Shown here: positions 13,883-27,639 of the stretch, in pieces
How the letters are laid out: the number at the start of each line of letters is the position of its first letter
Position numbering within the stretch: the stretch's first letter is position 1
NCBI GenBank assembly: GCA_013265495.1
Contig: MU058103.1
Span: 1,000,870-1,064,869, forward strand
Source: Vicugna vicugna
Lineage: Eukaryota
Length of the DNA stretch: 64,000 bases
Direction: 5' to 3'
Made by a program: the position numbers and the translations under genes
Notes under the pieces: generated by a model
Database searches by the model: none
Told to the model about the DNA's origin: nothing
Seen by the model: only the letters and a program-made list of their open reading frames with translations

Positions 13883-16326
13883 GACTGTTGGCTTCTTGAG
13901 TGTAGATATTTGTGTTACTCTTGTTTGCATCCACTCAGACTCCTGGTATAGTGCTTTTCCAATAATGACTGACTACCACATGATGGCAAAATAGTAAACC
14001 TTTTAGAAAGAATATTAGAAATCAAAAAGAAAAAGCCTAGAAGACACGTTTAACTTCTAGAATCTCAATTGGAATTTCTCCTATTTCCTCTTTTGACTTA
14101 GATACCATAACTCCAAGGGGTCCGTAGGGGCTGCTTTGTGCATTGCTGAAGGCCATCCAAAATCCAATTTGTTGTTGTTGCTTTTGGAATGAAACATCAT
14201 CCTGCACTTGCAGAATTATCCTTTAAGAACTGCAAAGTGCTTTTCAGATGAAGATGCATCCTCCTTATGAACCAGAAGGGGAAATGGAGGAACTGGATGA
14301 TTTATATGGCTGCTGGCAGAGGAAGAGTGAATTGGCAAGATACGAAAGAATCAAACACCAGAGCCTCCACCCCAGCCTACAGTCATTCTGTGCTGAAACA
14401 GTTAACTTTCTTCTCCTGCAGAATTCCTTGGGATGCAGGTGGATCGCTGGCTTTGAGGCACTTCCTTCACAAGGGTGTAAGGCAGCCCTGAATCTGGGCG
14501 TCTATACCCCATGTTGTCCTTTTGAAAGGCTTTGACTTTGAAGGGTGTCTAGGATGCTCTCTTTAATGAGGAACTTTAATCTACCCTGTAAACTGTTTCA
14601 TCAAACTGCATTTTAAACCAATCAATAATCCCAAGAAAGCATTTCCTCAAGTAACACATTTTAATCATTGTATATGTGTCAGACAAGAAAATAGATCCCA
14701 TGGTGAATCAGACTGAGAACAAGTCAGAAAAATTCCCTATCTCTGAGAGGGAGAAGAAAGGATTTTTCTGAATGGCTATAATACAGTGGAATTATTTGTT
14801 GTACTGTGGTATGATGGTATAGTCAATATGATGGGGTCAAATTTAGGAATTATCAAGAATCTTTGAAAACAGCTGTCCATGAAGCCCTGTATGCATGGTT
14901 TAGCTATGAACCCTGAGCAGAATAAATCAAAGCTTCCATGCCTGTTTCTGGTAGTATCCTTTCAAGCTTTAGAAATAGAAGAAAATTCTTCAGTAGTCCT
15001 GATTGCCTGCGCAGTGTGTGTACTTCCTGGTAGTATTAGTCCCCTATAAAAATTACAGTGTTCCTATCAGTTTGTTATTGTGAGGACTGAATGAGCATAG
15101 AAAACAATCTTTGGCTGGGGTTAAGTTCACAGGCAGCACAAGGTACACACACTATGACAGTAGTCTTCTTCTATCCTATTACCTGCAAGACTTAGAGACA
15201 CACCACATAATTCAATTAGTTAATCAACAAATAATGATTTATTTGGTGTCAGTGTTATGCTTACTCCCATATTGTTAGAGAGCTCTAACAATAGTAGTTG
15301 ATCCATGATTAGCATTTGCTAAACTTGATGAATTTGTGAATGAATACATGAATGGAAGACTTGATAAAATCATTGCCTCTGGAAAATTGCTTTGCCTTTT
15401 CCAAAACCTTTATTGAGGCTCCCCTTCCCCTTTAAAATCCTTGCTATTCTCCTACCATGCCAGACATCTTAGACCTGCTGTCCTGTATGCCTTTACCAGT
15501 TCATGCCTGCTGAAAAAAAAAAAACTTTCCCCAAATCACATTTTGTTGTAATTAACTATATATGTCTGTCTCCCCTACCAGATTGTAAGACCCTCACTAG
15601 CAAAAACTGCTTCTCATTCAGGGCTTAACACAATAACTAGAACAAATTAAGTGCTTTATAAACTTATTAATTCGTTCATAAATTTGTATACTTATGTATT
15701 AATTAAGACTCTGTATGAGCCACTATATCATTGACAAGGTCCTATCACAGTCCCCAGCACTCTGTAGCTACTTAATGTAACTTTCCAGTGTTAATATATT
15801 GAAGAATAGACTTGTGCACTTACTCGATCCATCCACTAAGAAAAAAATAAACTCTATGTGTGTAACTGGTAGCTTGCTGGGGCAGAAGTGAGATTCTTTA
15901 AGACAAATGATAAAGAGGAATTGCTCACTTATTCCTGCCCTTTTGTGGTATTAAAATCTTAACTCTGTTATACAGGTGTTCTATTGTCTATGTATCTGGC
16001 TAGCCAGCTAACTAATAACAATCAGGTAAGTCTTTCTATCTTGGAGATTTATGATAAGGATCACAATACAGGTTGAAAACCAGTTATCAATGATGAGTGA
16101 CTGTCAATCTATCATATTGTCTTCTGTACAAGGAGGCGGGATGCGAAGTGTTTGAAGTATGGAATCAAAATATAGAAAACACTCAGTAAACTTTAATTGT
16201 CATTACTTGTCATGCATTTTTAACAGCAATTTATAAAGGATCAAGAAGATTCTGATATTTCTAGAGTTTCTTCTGGTGGTAACTAGGGTGCTCTTATAAT
16301 TTATTAACCATATTGAGATTCTTTCC

Positions 16327-16680
16327 GTTTTTTTTTCTTTTTTTTAAATTAAACTATAGTCAGTTTACAATGTAGTGTCAATTTCTGGTGTACAGCATAA
16401 TGTTTTAATCATACATATGCATACATATATTCGTTTTCACATTCTTTTTCATTATAGGTTACTACAAGATATTGAATGTAGTTCCCTGTGCTATACAGAA
16501 GAAACTTGTTGTTTATCTGGTTTGGTGATGATTTTCTTGTATTTTTGAAGCAAGAGATATTTTGCCAAAGTTCAGTAGGAATTCTGCATAAATTGTTCCA
16601 TTTTTGTATTTAATTTTTGATGTGTTCATGGGAGAGGGAGAGCTGTGTGTCCTTCCACTCTGCCATCTCGGCAGTCTTTC
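16327..16680 (-). mobile_element. Chimeric mini-L1 (L1 5'UTR start fused to L1 3' terminus) with poly(A) and TSD
   Basis: 14-bp TSD TTGAGATTCTTTCC at 16313-16326 and 16681-16694. 16519-16680 is homologous to the 5' end of the L1 at ~2060-2190. 16330-16518 is homologous to the 3' ends at 62630 and 45360. Confidence 0.85.
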
Positions 16681-16699
16681 TTGAGATTCTTTCCTTTTT

Positions 16700-19689
16700 A
16701 ATTAAACATTTAATTTGGAGATAATTGTAGATTCACGCATGATTGTAAGAAGTCATACAGAGAGTTAACTTGTACACCTTATCTATTGCCCTTTACCCAT
16801 CTTCCCTTATCTACCTATCATAGATAATTGTCTATATTATCTTGCAAAAATATAGTAAAATATTACAACCACACCATAGATACAGTAGAGATACAGTTCT
16901 AGCATCACAAGATCTCTCATGTTGTCTTTTATAGACATACCTCCTCCCTTACCCCACAACATCTGCATCCCTGATCCCTGTCAACCACTTATCTATTATC
17001 CATTTCTATAATTTTGCCTTTTTAAACATACTATATATATAGAATCATATAGTGTGTGATCTTTGGGAGGATAGACTTTCTTTACTCAGCATAACTTCCT
17101 GGAAATTATTTCAAATTTTATTGCATATAAATAATCAGTTTTTTTATTGCCATGTAGTATCCCATGGTATCGATGTACTATGGGTCATTTAAACATTCAT
17201 CCTTAAAGGACATCTTTTTTCCCACATTGTGGTTATTAAAAATAAAGCTGTTATGAACATTTGTCTCCAAGTTTGTGTGTGAACAAAAGTTTTAATTTTG
17301 GGGGGAATGCTTCCAAAGGTGCATTCGCAGGGTCTGATGGTAGTTGCATGTTTAGTTTGATAAAAAACTTTCAAACTTCCATCCAAAGTGGGCATACCAT
17401 TGCATATTCTTACCAGTACTGTATGAGTGATCCCATTGTTCCATATCTTTGCAGTATTTATTGCTATTACTTTTTAAAAGTCATTCTTGTCAGTGTGTGG
17501 TGGTATCTTATTATGTTTTTAATTGGCATTTCTCTAATGGCTAAGGACATGGAACATCTTTTTATGTGCCTGTTTGTCTATTATCTTCAGTGAAATGTAT
17601 GATCCTTTCTTTTGCACATTTTCTAACTGGATTGCTTGATATTTTTATTAATTAAGTTTTGATGTTCTACATAAGAATTTTTGTCACTTATGTGTTTTGC
17701 AAATATTTCTCTTCCAGTCTGTAGCTTGTCTTTTCATCCTTTTAACAGGATTTTCTTCAAGCAAAAGCTGTTTTTCTTTTGATGAGGTCCAATTTATCAG
17801 TGTTTTCTTTTGGTGTCAAGTTAAGAACCCTTTGCTTGACCCTAGATGCTGTAAATTTTCTCTTATTTTTTTTCTATAAGTTGTACAGTTCTATGTTTTA
17901 CATTTAATATCATGATCCATTTTAAGTTATTTTTTCTGTAAGCTGTGATACAGGTAAAGGTTCATTTTTTTGTCCAGTGGATGTCCAGTTCCCCTGCACC
18001 ATTTGTTAAGAAGGCTGGCCTTCCCCTTTTAAATTTATTTTGCATCTTTGTCAAAAACAGTTGGGCATACTTTTGTGTCTATTTCTGTGTTTTCTGTCCT
18101 GTTACATTGGTCTATGTATCTATCCCTTCCCCATATTATTTTAATAGCTGTAGTGATATATTAGGCCTTAATATCTGGCACAATGATACTTCTCACTTTA
18201 TATTCTCTTTCAAGATGATTTTAGGTAATATAGAGATTGTCTTTCCATATGAATTTTAGAATAAGCTGCCTATGTCTGAGAAAACAAAACCAAACAAAAA
18301 TACTGACATCTTGATAGAACTATATTAAACCTACAGATAATTTGGGGAGAATTAGCATATATAACTCTGTTGAATCTTCAAATGAATACAGTATGTATAC
18401 CATTGTAAATGGTATTGTGCTTTTAACTTCAGTTTCCACATGTTCATTCTTGGTATATGGAAATGCACCTTATTTTGTATGTATTTGTGTGTATGTTGAT
18501 CTTGTATCCTGAAATTTTGTTGAACTTGCTTATTGAAGTAGCTTTGCAGATCCCTTGGGTTTTTCTCTGTAGGCAGTTATGTCATCTGCAAGCAGGGACT
18601 AATTTATTGCTTCCTTTCCAATCTGTATATCTTTAATTTATTTTTCTTGCCTTATTGTGCTGCTATAATTTCCAACACTACAGAATAGCGGTGGTGAGAG
18701 TGAGTATCCTTGTCTTGTCCAAATCTTAGAGAAAAAGCATTCAGTTTTTCTACATTAAGTGTGATATTAGCTGAAGGCTTTTTTGTAAGTTATTATTTAT
18801 CAAGTTTAGGAAGTCTCCTCTATTCCTAGTTTTCTATTTTTTTTTAATAATAGATGAATGTTGAATTTTGTCAGTTGTTTCTGTGTCACTGGGTACAGTC
18901 ATACAATTTTTCTTCTTTAATCTTTTGATATGATGGGTTACATTGATTGATATTTGAATGTTGTATGAGTCTTACATACCTAGCGTGAGTCCCTCTGAAC
19001 CATGGTGTATAATTTTATACGTTATTGGATTTGATTGGCTAATATTTTATTGAAGGATTCTGCATCTAAGTTCATCAAATACATTATTCTGTAGTTTTTA
19101 TTTTTTTGTATATATATATATATATATATATATATGGTTTGGTCAAAGTTACAATGACCTTATAAAATGAGAAGTGTTCTTCTTCATTTTCTGGAACAGA
19201 TAAGAGTAAAATTGCTATTAATTCTTTAAATGTTTGGTGAAATGTTAAGTGATGCTTTTTGGGCCTGGAGATAGATTTCAGGTGAGTGGGCACTTTTTAA
19301 TTACAAACTTGATTTGTCGTGTACCATTAGGAGAAGGTCGTCTGTTTGGATTTGGTTCAGTTTTGATAGTTTGTATTTAGGGAAATTGGTCAATTTTTCC
19401 CAAGTTGTTGAACTTAGGAGCATAAATTTGTTCATAGTGGCTATGGGATCTGTTTCCCCGATTTCATTCCTGACATTAGCGGTTGAGGGCTTCTCTCTCC
19501 CTTCAGGCCTGCTAGAGGTTTATCAATTTCACTGATTTTTTTACAAAGCAGTATCTTTTGGTTTTGTTGATGTTGCTCTATTATTTCCTTACCTTCAATT
19601 TCATTAATTCTGCTCTTATTTTGACTACTTGTTTCCTTCTGTTTACTTTAGATTTATTTTTCCTCTTCTTTTTCTGGATTCTTGAGATA
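16700..19689 (-). mobile_element. Old L1 (L1MC1/2-like) 3'UTR plus decayed ORF2
   Basis: GAGATAATTGTAGATTCAC..TGTAAGAA 3'-end signature and decayed ORF2 (TFKELIAILL). Contains (TA)13 at 19109-19135. Confidence 0.85.
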
Positions 19690-20069
19690 GCCAGGGCATT
19701 TTTGAGACAAACTGTGCATAATTTTACTCCAAGAGCAGGTATAGTAAAAAGGGATTTCCTGGAAAAATTAGGAAGTATTGTCACTCTAGTGATAACCCTT
19801 CACCAGTAAGGCTGTAGGAGTTATATCTATGACCTCTTCAAGTATATCATGAAGACTTTGTCCTATGATGTCTGGTTTGCACTGGGCCTGTCACCTTTTG
19901 CTTTGGGTTACTCCTTTGTAATCGCAAAGAGCACGAAGCATTTTCCTGTGAAGTTCTGCAGTCTTGTCACCCTAACATGCACAAGCTGATTCTGCACTGT
20001 TTCCTTTAGTACCAGGAGACATGTGCTAACTCTTATTACAAGTTTTCAGAGATGGTAGCTAACTTCTAT

Positions 20070-20270
20070 GGTAAACTCTGTATACCAGGCCCTATTGTTG
20101 GGCCTGTTCAAATCTGTCATTTACTCCTCCTAACAATACTTTGAAGTAGGTATCTAAACTGAACTTTTTTAGAAAAGGAAATTGAAGGTTGGTGAGGCTA
20201 AATCACTTGCCTGGGAGTGTGTAGTAAGCGGGAGAGACAGGAGTTGAGATGCGAGAAGCCTGACTCCGCT
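20070..20270 (-). mobile_element. MIR
   Basis: AGAAAAGGAAATTGAAGG...AAATCACTTGCC...GCCTGACTCC. Confidence 0.6.
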
Positions 20271-20974
20271 GTACGGAGTAGCTCTCCAGCGCAGGCTGCG
20301 CTTGTATCAACGCCTGCTGGTTGTCTTACTGATGCGCAAGGCTGCTCTGTTAATGTAATCAGGCCTGCTTTTGTAGGAGGCCCCTGTGTGTATTTAATTG
20401 TGAATAATATACAGTGATGTCGGAGTAATATATGTGGTTGTTTGGATGAAGGAAAATAATAAATGCATTTAAATTGTTTTAGGAAAAAGTGAGATTTGTG
20501 AAATGTCTTATGTGCAGCTGTAAGATAGAGCCAGTGAAGTCATATTCAAGCTACATTACCTCAGGAGAGGGAATTGACAGTGTCCTAAACAATTCATTTC
20601 TTAAGTGGGAAATTTTAGCGGCACACATTTACTATCTTTAATCAAGTATTATATGCACACAGGACTGTAGGTAATGGGCATGAGCAATGAGACATATGGG
20701 CAAAATTTGGGGATTGAAATATGATGGAGATAATCAACAAATCTCAGTAGAAACTGAAATGAAGGCTTTTCATGTGTAATTATACTCGGGCTCTCACTGA
20801 ATCTATTGCCTGCATTTTATCTGCTTGGAAAGAAAACAACTTATTTCTTTTCTTTTCTTCCATTCAAGCTAAGATGTACAGGAAGCAAATTCATTCATTT
20901 ACTCAAGGAAACATATATTCCACTGCCTTTACTAAGAAGTGCTCTCTGTTGAGCAGTTTTTGTTAACTACGCGG

Positions 20975-21879
20975 AACTTTTACAACTCAACAATACAAAG
21001 GCAAATAACCTAATTTAAAAATTAGCAAACGGCTTGAATAGACACATCTCCAAAGAAGATGGTCAGTAAGCACATGAAAAGATGCTCATTTTACTAATCA
21101 TTAAAGAAATGCAAGTCAAAACCATGAGATACCACTTTGCAACCATTAAGATAACTAGCGTTCAAAACAAAATGAAACAAAAGAGGAAAAATAACAAGTG
21201 TTGGTGGGAATATGGAGAAACTGGAAATTTTGTGCTTTGCTGCTGGGAATCAAACATGATGCAGCCTTTTAGAGAATAGTATGATGGTTCCCCCTAAAAT
21301 TAAACAAAGTTAATGTATGATCCAGTGTTTCAACTACTGAGTATATATCCAAAAGGGATGAAAACAGTGATTCAAATAGATATTGGTACACCAAAATTGA
21401 GAGCAGAATTATTCACAATAGCCCCCAAATTAGAAATAAACTAAAATGTCCATCAGTAGATGAATGAATGAATAAAATGTGATATGTACACAAAACCATA
21501 CAGAGGAATATTATCAAGTTTTAAAAAGAAATGAAGCTGTGACACATGAACAAACCTGAAGACATCATATTAAGTGAAATAAGCCAGTTGTGATAAAACA
21601 AGTGCTGTATGATTTCACTTATACACTTACTAGAGTAATCAAATTCATAGAAACGTAAAATAGAACGGTGACTGCCAGGAGCTGGAGGGCGGAGGGAATG
21701 GGGAGCCATTGTTTAACATTTGGAAGTTGCAGTTTGGGAAGACGAACATTTCAGAAGATGAATAGTAGTGATGGTTGCACAACAATGTGAATGCACTTAA
21801 GACCTATGAACTGTATGCCTAAAAATAGCTCAAATGGTAAATTTTATGTTACTTATATTTTGCCCTTAAAAAAAAAAAC
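20975..21879 (+). mobile_element. L1MB-like 3' end (ORF2 C-terminus plus 3'UTR) with A tail
   Basis: ORF 21082 IIKEMQVKTMRYH...KCW matches the ORF2p C-terminus. Ends AAATGGTAAATTTTATGTTA...A11. Confidence 0.88.
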
Positions 21880-24459
21880 AGGTTGGGGTGTATAGCACCC
21901 TTTCTTAATTCTCTTTAGCACAGATTAACAACTCATCAAAGCAATGCAATAAACTGTTAGACATTTCCTGAAAATGGTCTAAAATTATCTTTAGTTTTTT
22001 TTTATTAAAGAGTGTGTCACTTTGTAGCCTTATCTCCCTCTATTAAAATTAGTACTATTAATAATAGTATGCATTATTAGTGAATGAGGTAAAATGAGAT
22101 ATAGATAAAAAATAGTTCACGTGTATTAAGCTGCTACCACAAACCAGGGACTACGTACTGTTTTACACAGATTAGCTAATTTAGTTCTCACCACAATTTT
22201 AGGTACTTTCATTTTTGTCGTCGTACCAATAAGCAAACCAAGGCACTATACGCTTGAATAAATTGAAGACATGAAACCTGTATATCAGGAGTGGGGGGGT
22301 GTTGTCTAGGATTTGAGCCTAGGTAGTGGTAACTACAGAAACATATTACTTATTTGTCATTTGATTGGTCAGCTGGAGACCTTCGACATTCCTCTTGATC
22401 TTGTTGAGCTTCTGGTTTTTTTGCTGATAATTTTATAAAACGTTTCCACCTTTAACCACGCCCCAGCCCTGTGGTAAGTGCTTCCGTTCCTTATCTCGAG
22501 CCTCAGACACACAAATCCCGTGAGGCTGGAAACCTTGCCCTGTTTGCTTCTGTATCTCCATTGTTTAGAACAATGTCTGACACGTGATATGTGTTATATA
22601 ACTTTTAATAAGTTGAATAATACAGAGAAACACATGATAAGTAAGGAATGGAATCATTGCCAGTTCTTTGGCCAGAAACCATTCCTCGCTCTCTCCCTCA
22701 CACGAGTAGGAGCTATGGGAGCAGGGTGTTGTCCAATTGCTACTCAGACAACCTGCAAATGAATAAATAACAACTCTGAGGTTCCCCAAGTTTCCTGTTT
22801 TCTGACGGTCCTTCGTTAGTGTTAATACTAAAATGGACCAGCCTCACATTAGGACGGAGTGTCAGGGGAACTATGTTCTGATCTGAGAAAGAAACCTGAT
22901 GAAAAAAGATTCCATCGTATTATGCAGAGAGTTGCTGTATAAAAGTACATGCACAAGCATACCTGGAAGCATGATTTGAATGTTATCTTTTGAATTAGTG
23001 TTACATTTCCACCTCTAAAGTAGAACTCGGAGAGGACTGCATAATTCTGAGAGAAAAAAAAAAAGTCCTAAAACTTTCTTCTGATATATTTCTCAATAAT
23101 AACTTAACATGGGGAGGTGCTATTTTTAAAAATAATAATTCATGGATCAAATAGAAACGTCATGGATATTGACCCTGGTGGTCTTGGTGTGGTTTATGCG
23201 ATGGATTAAGGGAGGACAGTTTTCATATTTACTCCAGGAAAAAGAATGAGTTATTCTGTTCTTCATGGTAAGGCTAATGAAAGTTAAATGGAAAAATAAG
23301 GCAATTTTATCTCACTTCACACCAGAAGGAAGAAAAGCGCACACAGACATTCAAACCAAAAATAAATGTTTTAAGTAACCGGATCCTTGGCCAAAGTAAT
23401 TCTTTACACCTTCCTCTTTGTGAAATTATCCATCTCATTCAAGTAGAATTGGTTTTGTTACCATGATCAAGATACTTAAGAAACAATGGTGTATATTTTT
23501 AGGAGAAACGTGGGTTTGTTCCTGTTTATGTGTTGTTGAGTTGGTCGGTTGGTTGTTATAAGGGAGCAGGTGTGAAGGCTGGCTAGATAATTGTCCCAAT
23601 TACTTTTCTCCAGTGTGTAGAGTTGCTCTAAATAAGGATGGTAGAGTGGCAAGTGACCAGGCTTGTCTGCTTCCTAGGTAATAACAAACTTCCAATCTGA
23701 CAGATAGCCAGGGGCGTCTCACTCATAACTCCACCAAAAAGGATGGGGTTCGTCTGGTTGATTGAATGTTCCACATTTACAAATGAGACAGGGTTTGAGA
23801 ATAACTCTGAGTGACTAAAACCAGGATTTATTTCCATATGCTGTGTAGATAGAGTGACGGAGTGCATGCTGAAACATGTAATAAACAGATTTGAACATAT
23901 CAACGGTCATTGGTCAAGGGAGACTTTGCTTTTATTGTATTTTCCTAATTTGTATGAAAATGTAATGCATCTATTGATTGTGTGGATTAGAATAAATATG
24001 AAATGATAAAATATTATATATACTGTATGATTGTGCATTTAGGTATTTGCCCATATATGTGTGTATATAAGAAAACATTTCTGGAGGTAAATATATCCTT
24101 ATTACCAGTGTTAATTTCTGGGTTGTGGAACTGTGAGTTTTTTTTTTCTTTTTACACTTCAAATTTTCAAAATATTTTCTACCAACAAAGATCATCTTTA
24201 TAATTAGTTCTGACTATAAGTTTATTTGAGAAGCAGGCTTATTTCCCCCATGTGGCAAATGATTGGATCTTTACTCAACCAGAGCTAAGTGCTGTTTTAG
24301 CTTTGATCTTACATCAGTCTGTTTATTTCATTTATATGAAAATAAACAGACATGCTATGTCCCAGTTTCTCAGAGTGAACAGGATCACTTTTTTTTTTTG
24401 ACACACTTTAACTGTTAATTCAGCCAACAAAAGAAAAAGGATTTTTATTGGGGAAGACA

Positions 24460-25650
24460 TGGATATTTATTCCATAAATGTTTATTGAGAACCTATTATG
24501 TACCAGGAATTACTCTTGATAATCGAGGCATGTTATTCACTTGAATGATGCCCTAATGCTCAGCTGAGGAAAGGCTGAGTGTAATGGCGGAGATTCATGT
24601 AGTTTTTAGAGATGTTGTTGAGCAGATGGAAATCTTCTTCCAAGGACTTTGATTTTCCCAGTGAACTAGGAGACTAGATTTTAGACTGCAGACACACGTA
24701 TACAGTTAACCCATAGTGCATATTTTGTGCTCCGGATGCTGTGCTAGGCCCTGAAATCAACATAATATGCCTTCTCTTGCCTTTGCAGAATTTGTCCTCT
24801 AGCTGAGATACACAGTTAAACCTAAAAAAATTATGAATTGATATTATGAGAAATACATGGTTTCTGTGAAACTACACAGCACAAGAAAGGGATATGCAGA
24901 GGGGATTCGAGGGTAGGTGACACCAGAGGAAGCTTCCCTGGGGATGTAATCTCTAAACTGAAATGTGCATGTTAATGGGGGACAGTGGTTTAAAGGTTTC
25001 AAAGAGTGCCTCATGTGGAAGAAACAGTGCATGAAAAGGCTGGAATATGAGGGTTAAGCTGGCAAGGAAATGGTTGTGGTGCTGGGAGAGAAGATGAGGT
25101 TGAAAAGGTTATCGGAGGCAAGACTGTGTCCGTGTTGAGGCCTTTAAAAAATAAAAATGGTCAGTTTAAATTTTGAGCATCTGGAACAAATTTAATGAGG
25201 GAATGATAGAGACAAACTTACACTTACTGTCTAGAAAGATCGTAGGCTCAGATGTGAAGAAAGGAATGGCATGAACTGGGAAGTCAGAGACTATTCCATC
25301 AGTGAGGTGCGAGGCGGTTGGTCAGACTATTACAGCAGCCATGGTATTTGAGGGAAGTGGATCCACATGAGAATATTCAGAAAAGGAATCAACTGAGCTT
25401 GAGCAGTAGTTGGACGTCGATGGTTGATGAGAAGGAAATAAAGTGACGGTATGTTTTGTAGTAACATGAAATGAAGTAGACAAAAAGGAAGTTTTAGGGA
25501 AAAAGTGTTAAGTTCAACTTTGATAATGCTTTAACACCCTAGGTGTATTTTGAAGAAGACAGGAATGAGTTTGGAACTCAGGGAAACTTGTTTGATTGAA
25601 ATTAGAAATTTGAAAGTCATCAGCAGAGATAATTTAGCTTGCGAACAACT
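24460..25650 (-). mobile_element. L2 fragments
   Basis: AAATGTTTATTGAGAACCTATTATGTACCAGG and a purine-rich antisense L2 body. Confidence 0.6.
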
Positions 25651-27473
25651 ACAAAGAAAAAAAAAATGACTTCCAAGAACAAACGAGGCCAACAAGTTGA
25701 CATTAAGGTCACTACTAACTGTTTGTCTCACTAAGCCCGAAGGCCATTGTCCTTTCGTTTTTTTCTTTTGTTCTTTAGAGGGTAAATTACCATGTTCTTT
25801 TAATGTTCCATACAGAATTCTCATGTATTATGGAACGAAAGTGTATAAATGTCATGTAATTATCCTTAGGCACTTTTAATTTCTTCAAATAAAGAATGTG
25901 TCACTATAGAGCATTTATACCTAAACTAATTTTTTTGGTCATAGTCTCAAGCTACTAATTTTCCATAAAGGCATACATCAGAGACAAAGGAAAGAAACTA
26001 AAGAAAAAAACAATTATTAGAACTTGTGCTAACCTGAGCTAGATTGTCCACAACACAAGAAATAATTTAATGTTGATATGACCTCTGCTGCTGAGGGTAT
26101 TTTTCCACAAATTCAGCGAATTCTGTGAAAGGTTAAAGCCACAGTTTAGTAGCCAGTGCATCCAGAATGTAGTGTGAATTAGCCCATTGTCTTTATTTTT
26201 TTAATGGTTACTTAGTTATCCTAGACATCCTTCCCAAGAGTATGTCTTTTTTAAGTGCAAACTCCAAATAATCCTGCATAAAACAGAGAACAAAAATTTA
26301 TCACATGTCATGCTTTATGCTAAACTTTTATATTCCTAAACTCATTTAAGTTTCTCAACCTTACTCTCCAGTTGATATTATCATCTCTAATGTAGATGAA
26401 AAAATGGATGCCTGAGGTTAGGTCATTTTCCAGAAGTGGCAGATAAAAGAAGTCCGATTCAATATCCATGCATTTTCTATCACAGTGTCTTACTTCCCCA
26501 GGTCCAAAAAGCAAACAAAAACGTAAGACATTATGTATAAATGACACTCCAGGGAGGGCTGGGATTCATTACCATGCAAGCGAGGGCCATTGAGAACTGG
26601 CTCCAAAGCAGTACTTGTCTTTTGTATGGAAAGAATCCTATGAATTCTTCTTCTTCTTGTCCTTTCGTGCATTATTATTGTGTGCATTTCCCTGATGCTT
26701 TGGGAAGAATCTGGAGTCTTTACAATGAAAGATGAGACCTTTATTGTGACAGAACAGCATCTAATTTATCTCTGACAAGATTTCCCTTTCACCCAGCATA
26801 AATCGAGTTCCAGCTTAATGATGTCATTCCCTATAATGTAGACTATAAAACAAGAAGAAGTCATCCGGGGCCTGCCCTGGGGAGAACGATGAGCAATGTC
26901 TTTTAGTTTCTTATGAGCAACACTCTGCAGGTTCCTAATGTATCTCTAGACTTTGTAGAAGGCAGAGACTGGGTATCGCACGGAACTCCTGACCCTCCAC
27001 GCACAGGATCATTGCACAGATAAAATGAGATGAGTTGAGTAGTGAGATCTGGCACAATGGCCAGTGCTGAACACATTTTCATTTTCTTTTCTTTTTCCTT
27101 CTTTCTGTTTCTAAGGTTAATTACTTCCGATTCTGCAAGAAAAGCCCTCTGTTTTTGCAATTCTTAAAGTTGGGTTCTCTAAAAGGAATCATTTCACACA
27201 ACTTTCTTGTTTCAGTGCTCTAAATGCTAGCATCTAATTTCAACCAGGCCTGGAGGGAACTAAATAAACTCAACAGATCTGCCGAGGTTAAAATATTGAA
27301 GTATTTATGCTAAAGGTACATAAAAGGTAACAGCAACAACCACAATATTCCAATGGGATGACTGTAAAAATAAACTTATTTCAAGTAAAAAGCGAACAGA
27401 GAGAAAGGAATAAGCTAGCAGAAGGTTTTTTTTCCTAAGGTTTACAACCATCATTTTTGGAATTTTCAAGAAT

Positions 27474-27630
27474 ACATATATATGTATATATGTGTATGTA
27501 TATGTATATATGTGTAAATATATAGAAATATAAAAATGCAAATACATAAAATATATAATATGTAAATATATAGAAATGGAAAGTTTATAAAATATTTATA
27601 TATTATATGTAAACGTATATAAATGTAAAT
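27474..27630. repeat. AT-rich (TA/TG) low-complexity tract
   Basis: Direct reading. Confidence 0.85.
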
Positions 27631-27639
27631 CTAGGAAGT

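Larger units (their letters stand above)
16284..19788 (+). mobile_element. MER81-like hAT fossil split into 16284-~16326 and ~19690-19788
   Basis: Termini TAGGGTG...TATAATTTAT and ...GTATTGTCACTCTA. 8-bp TSD GTGGTAAC (16276-16283) versus GTGATAAC (19789-19796). Confidence 0.7.
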
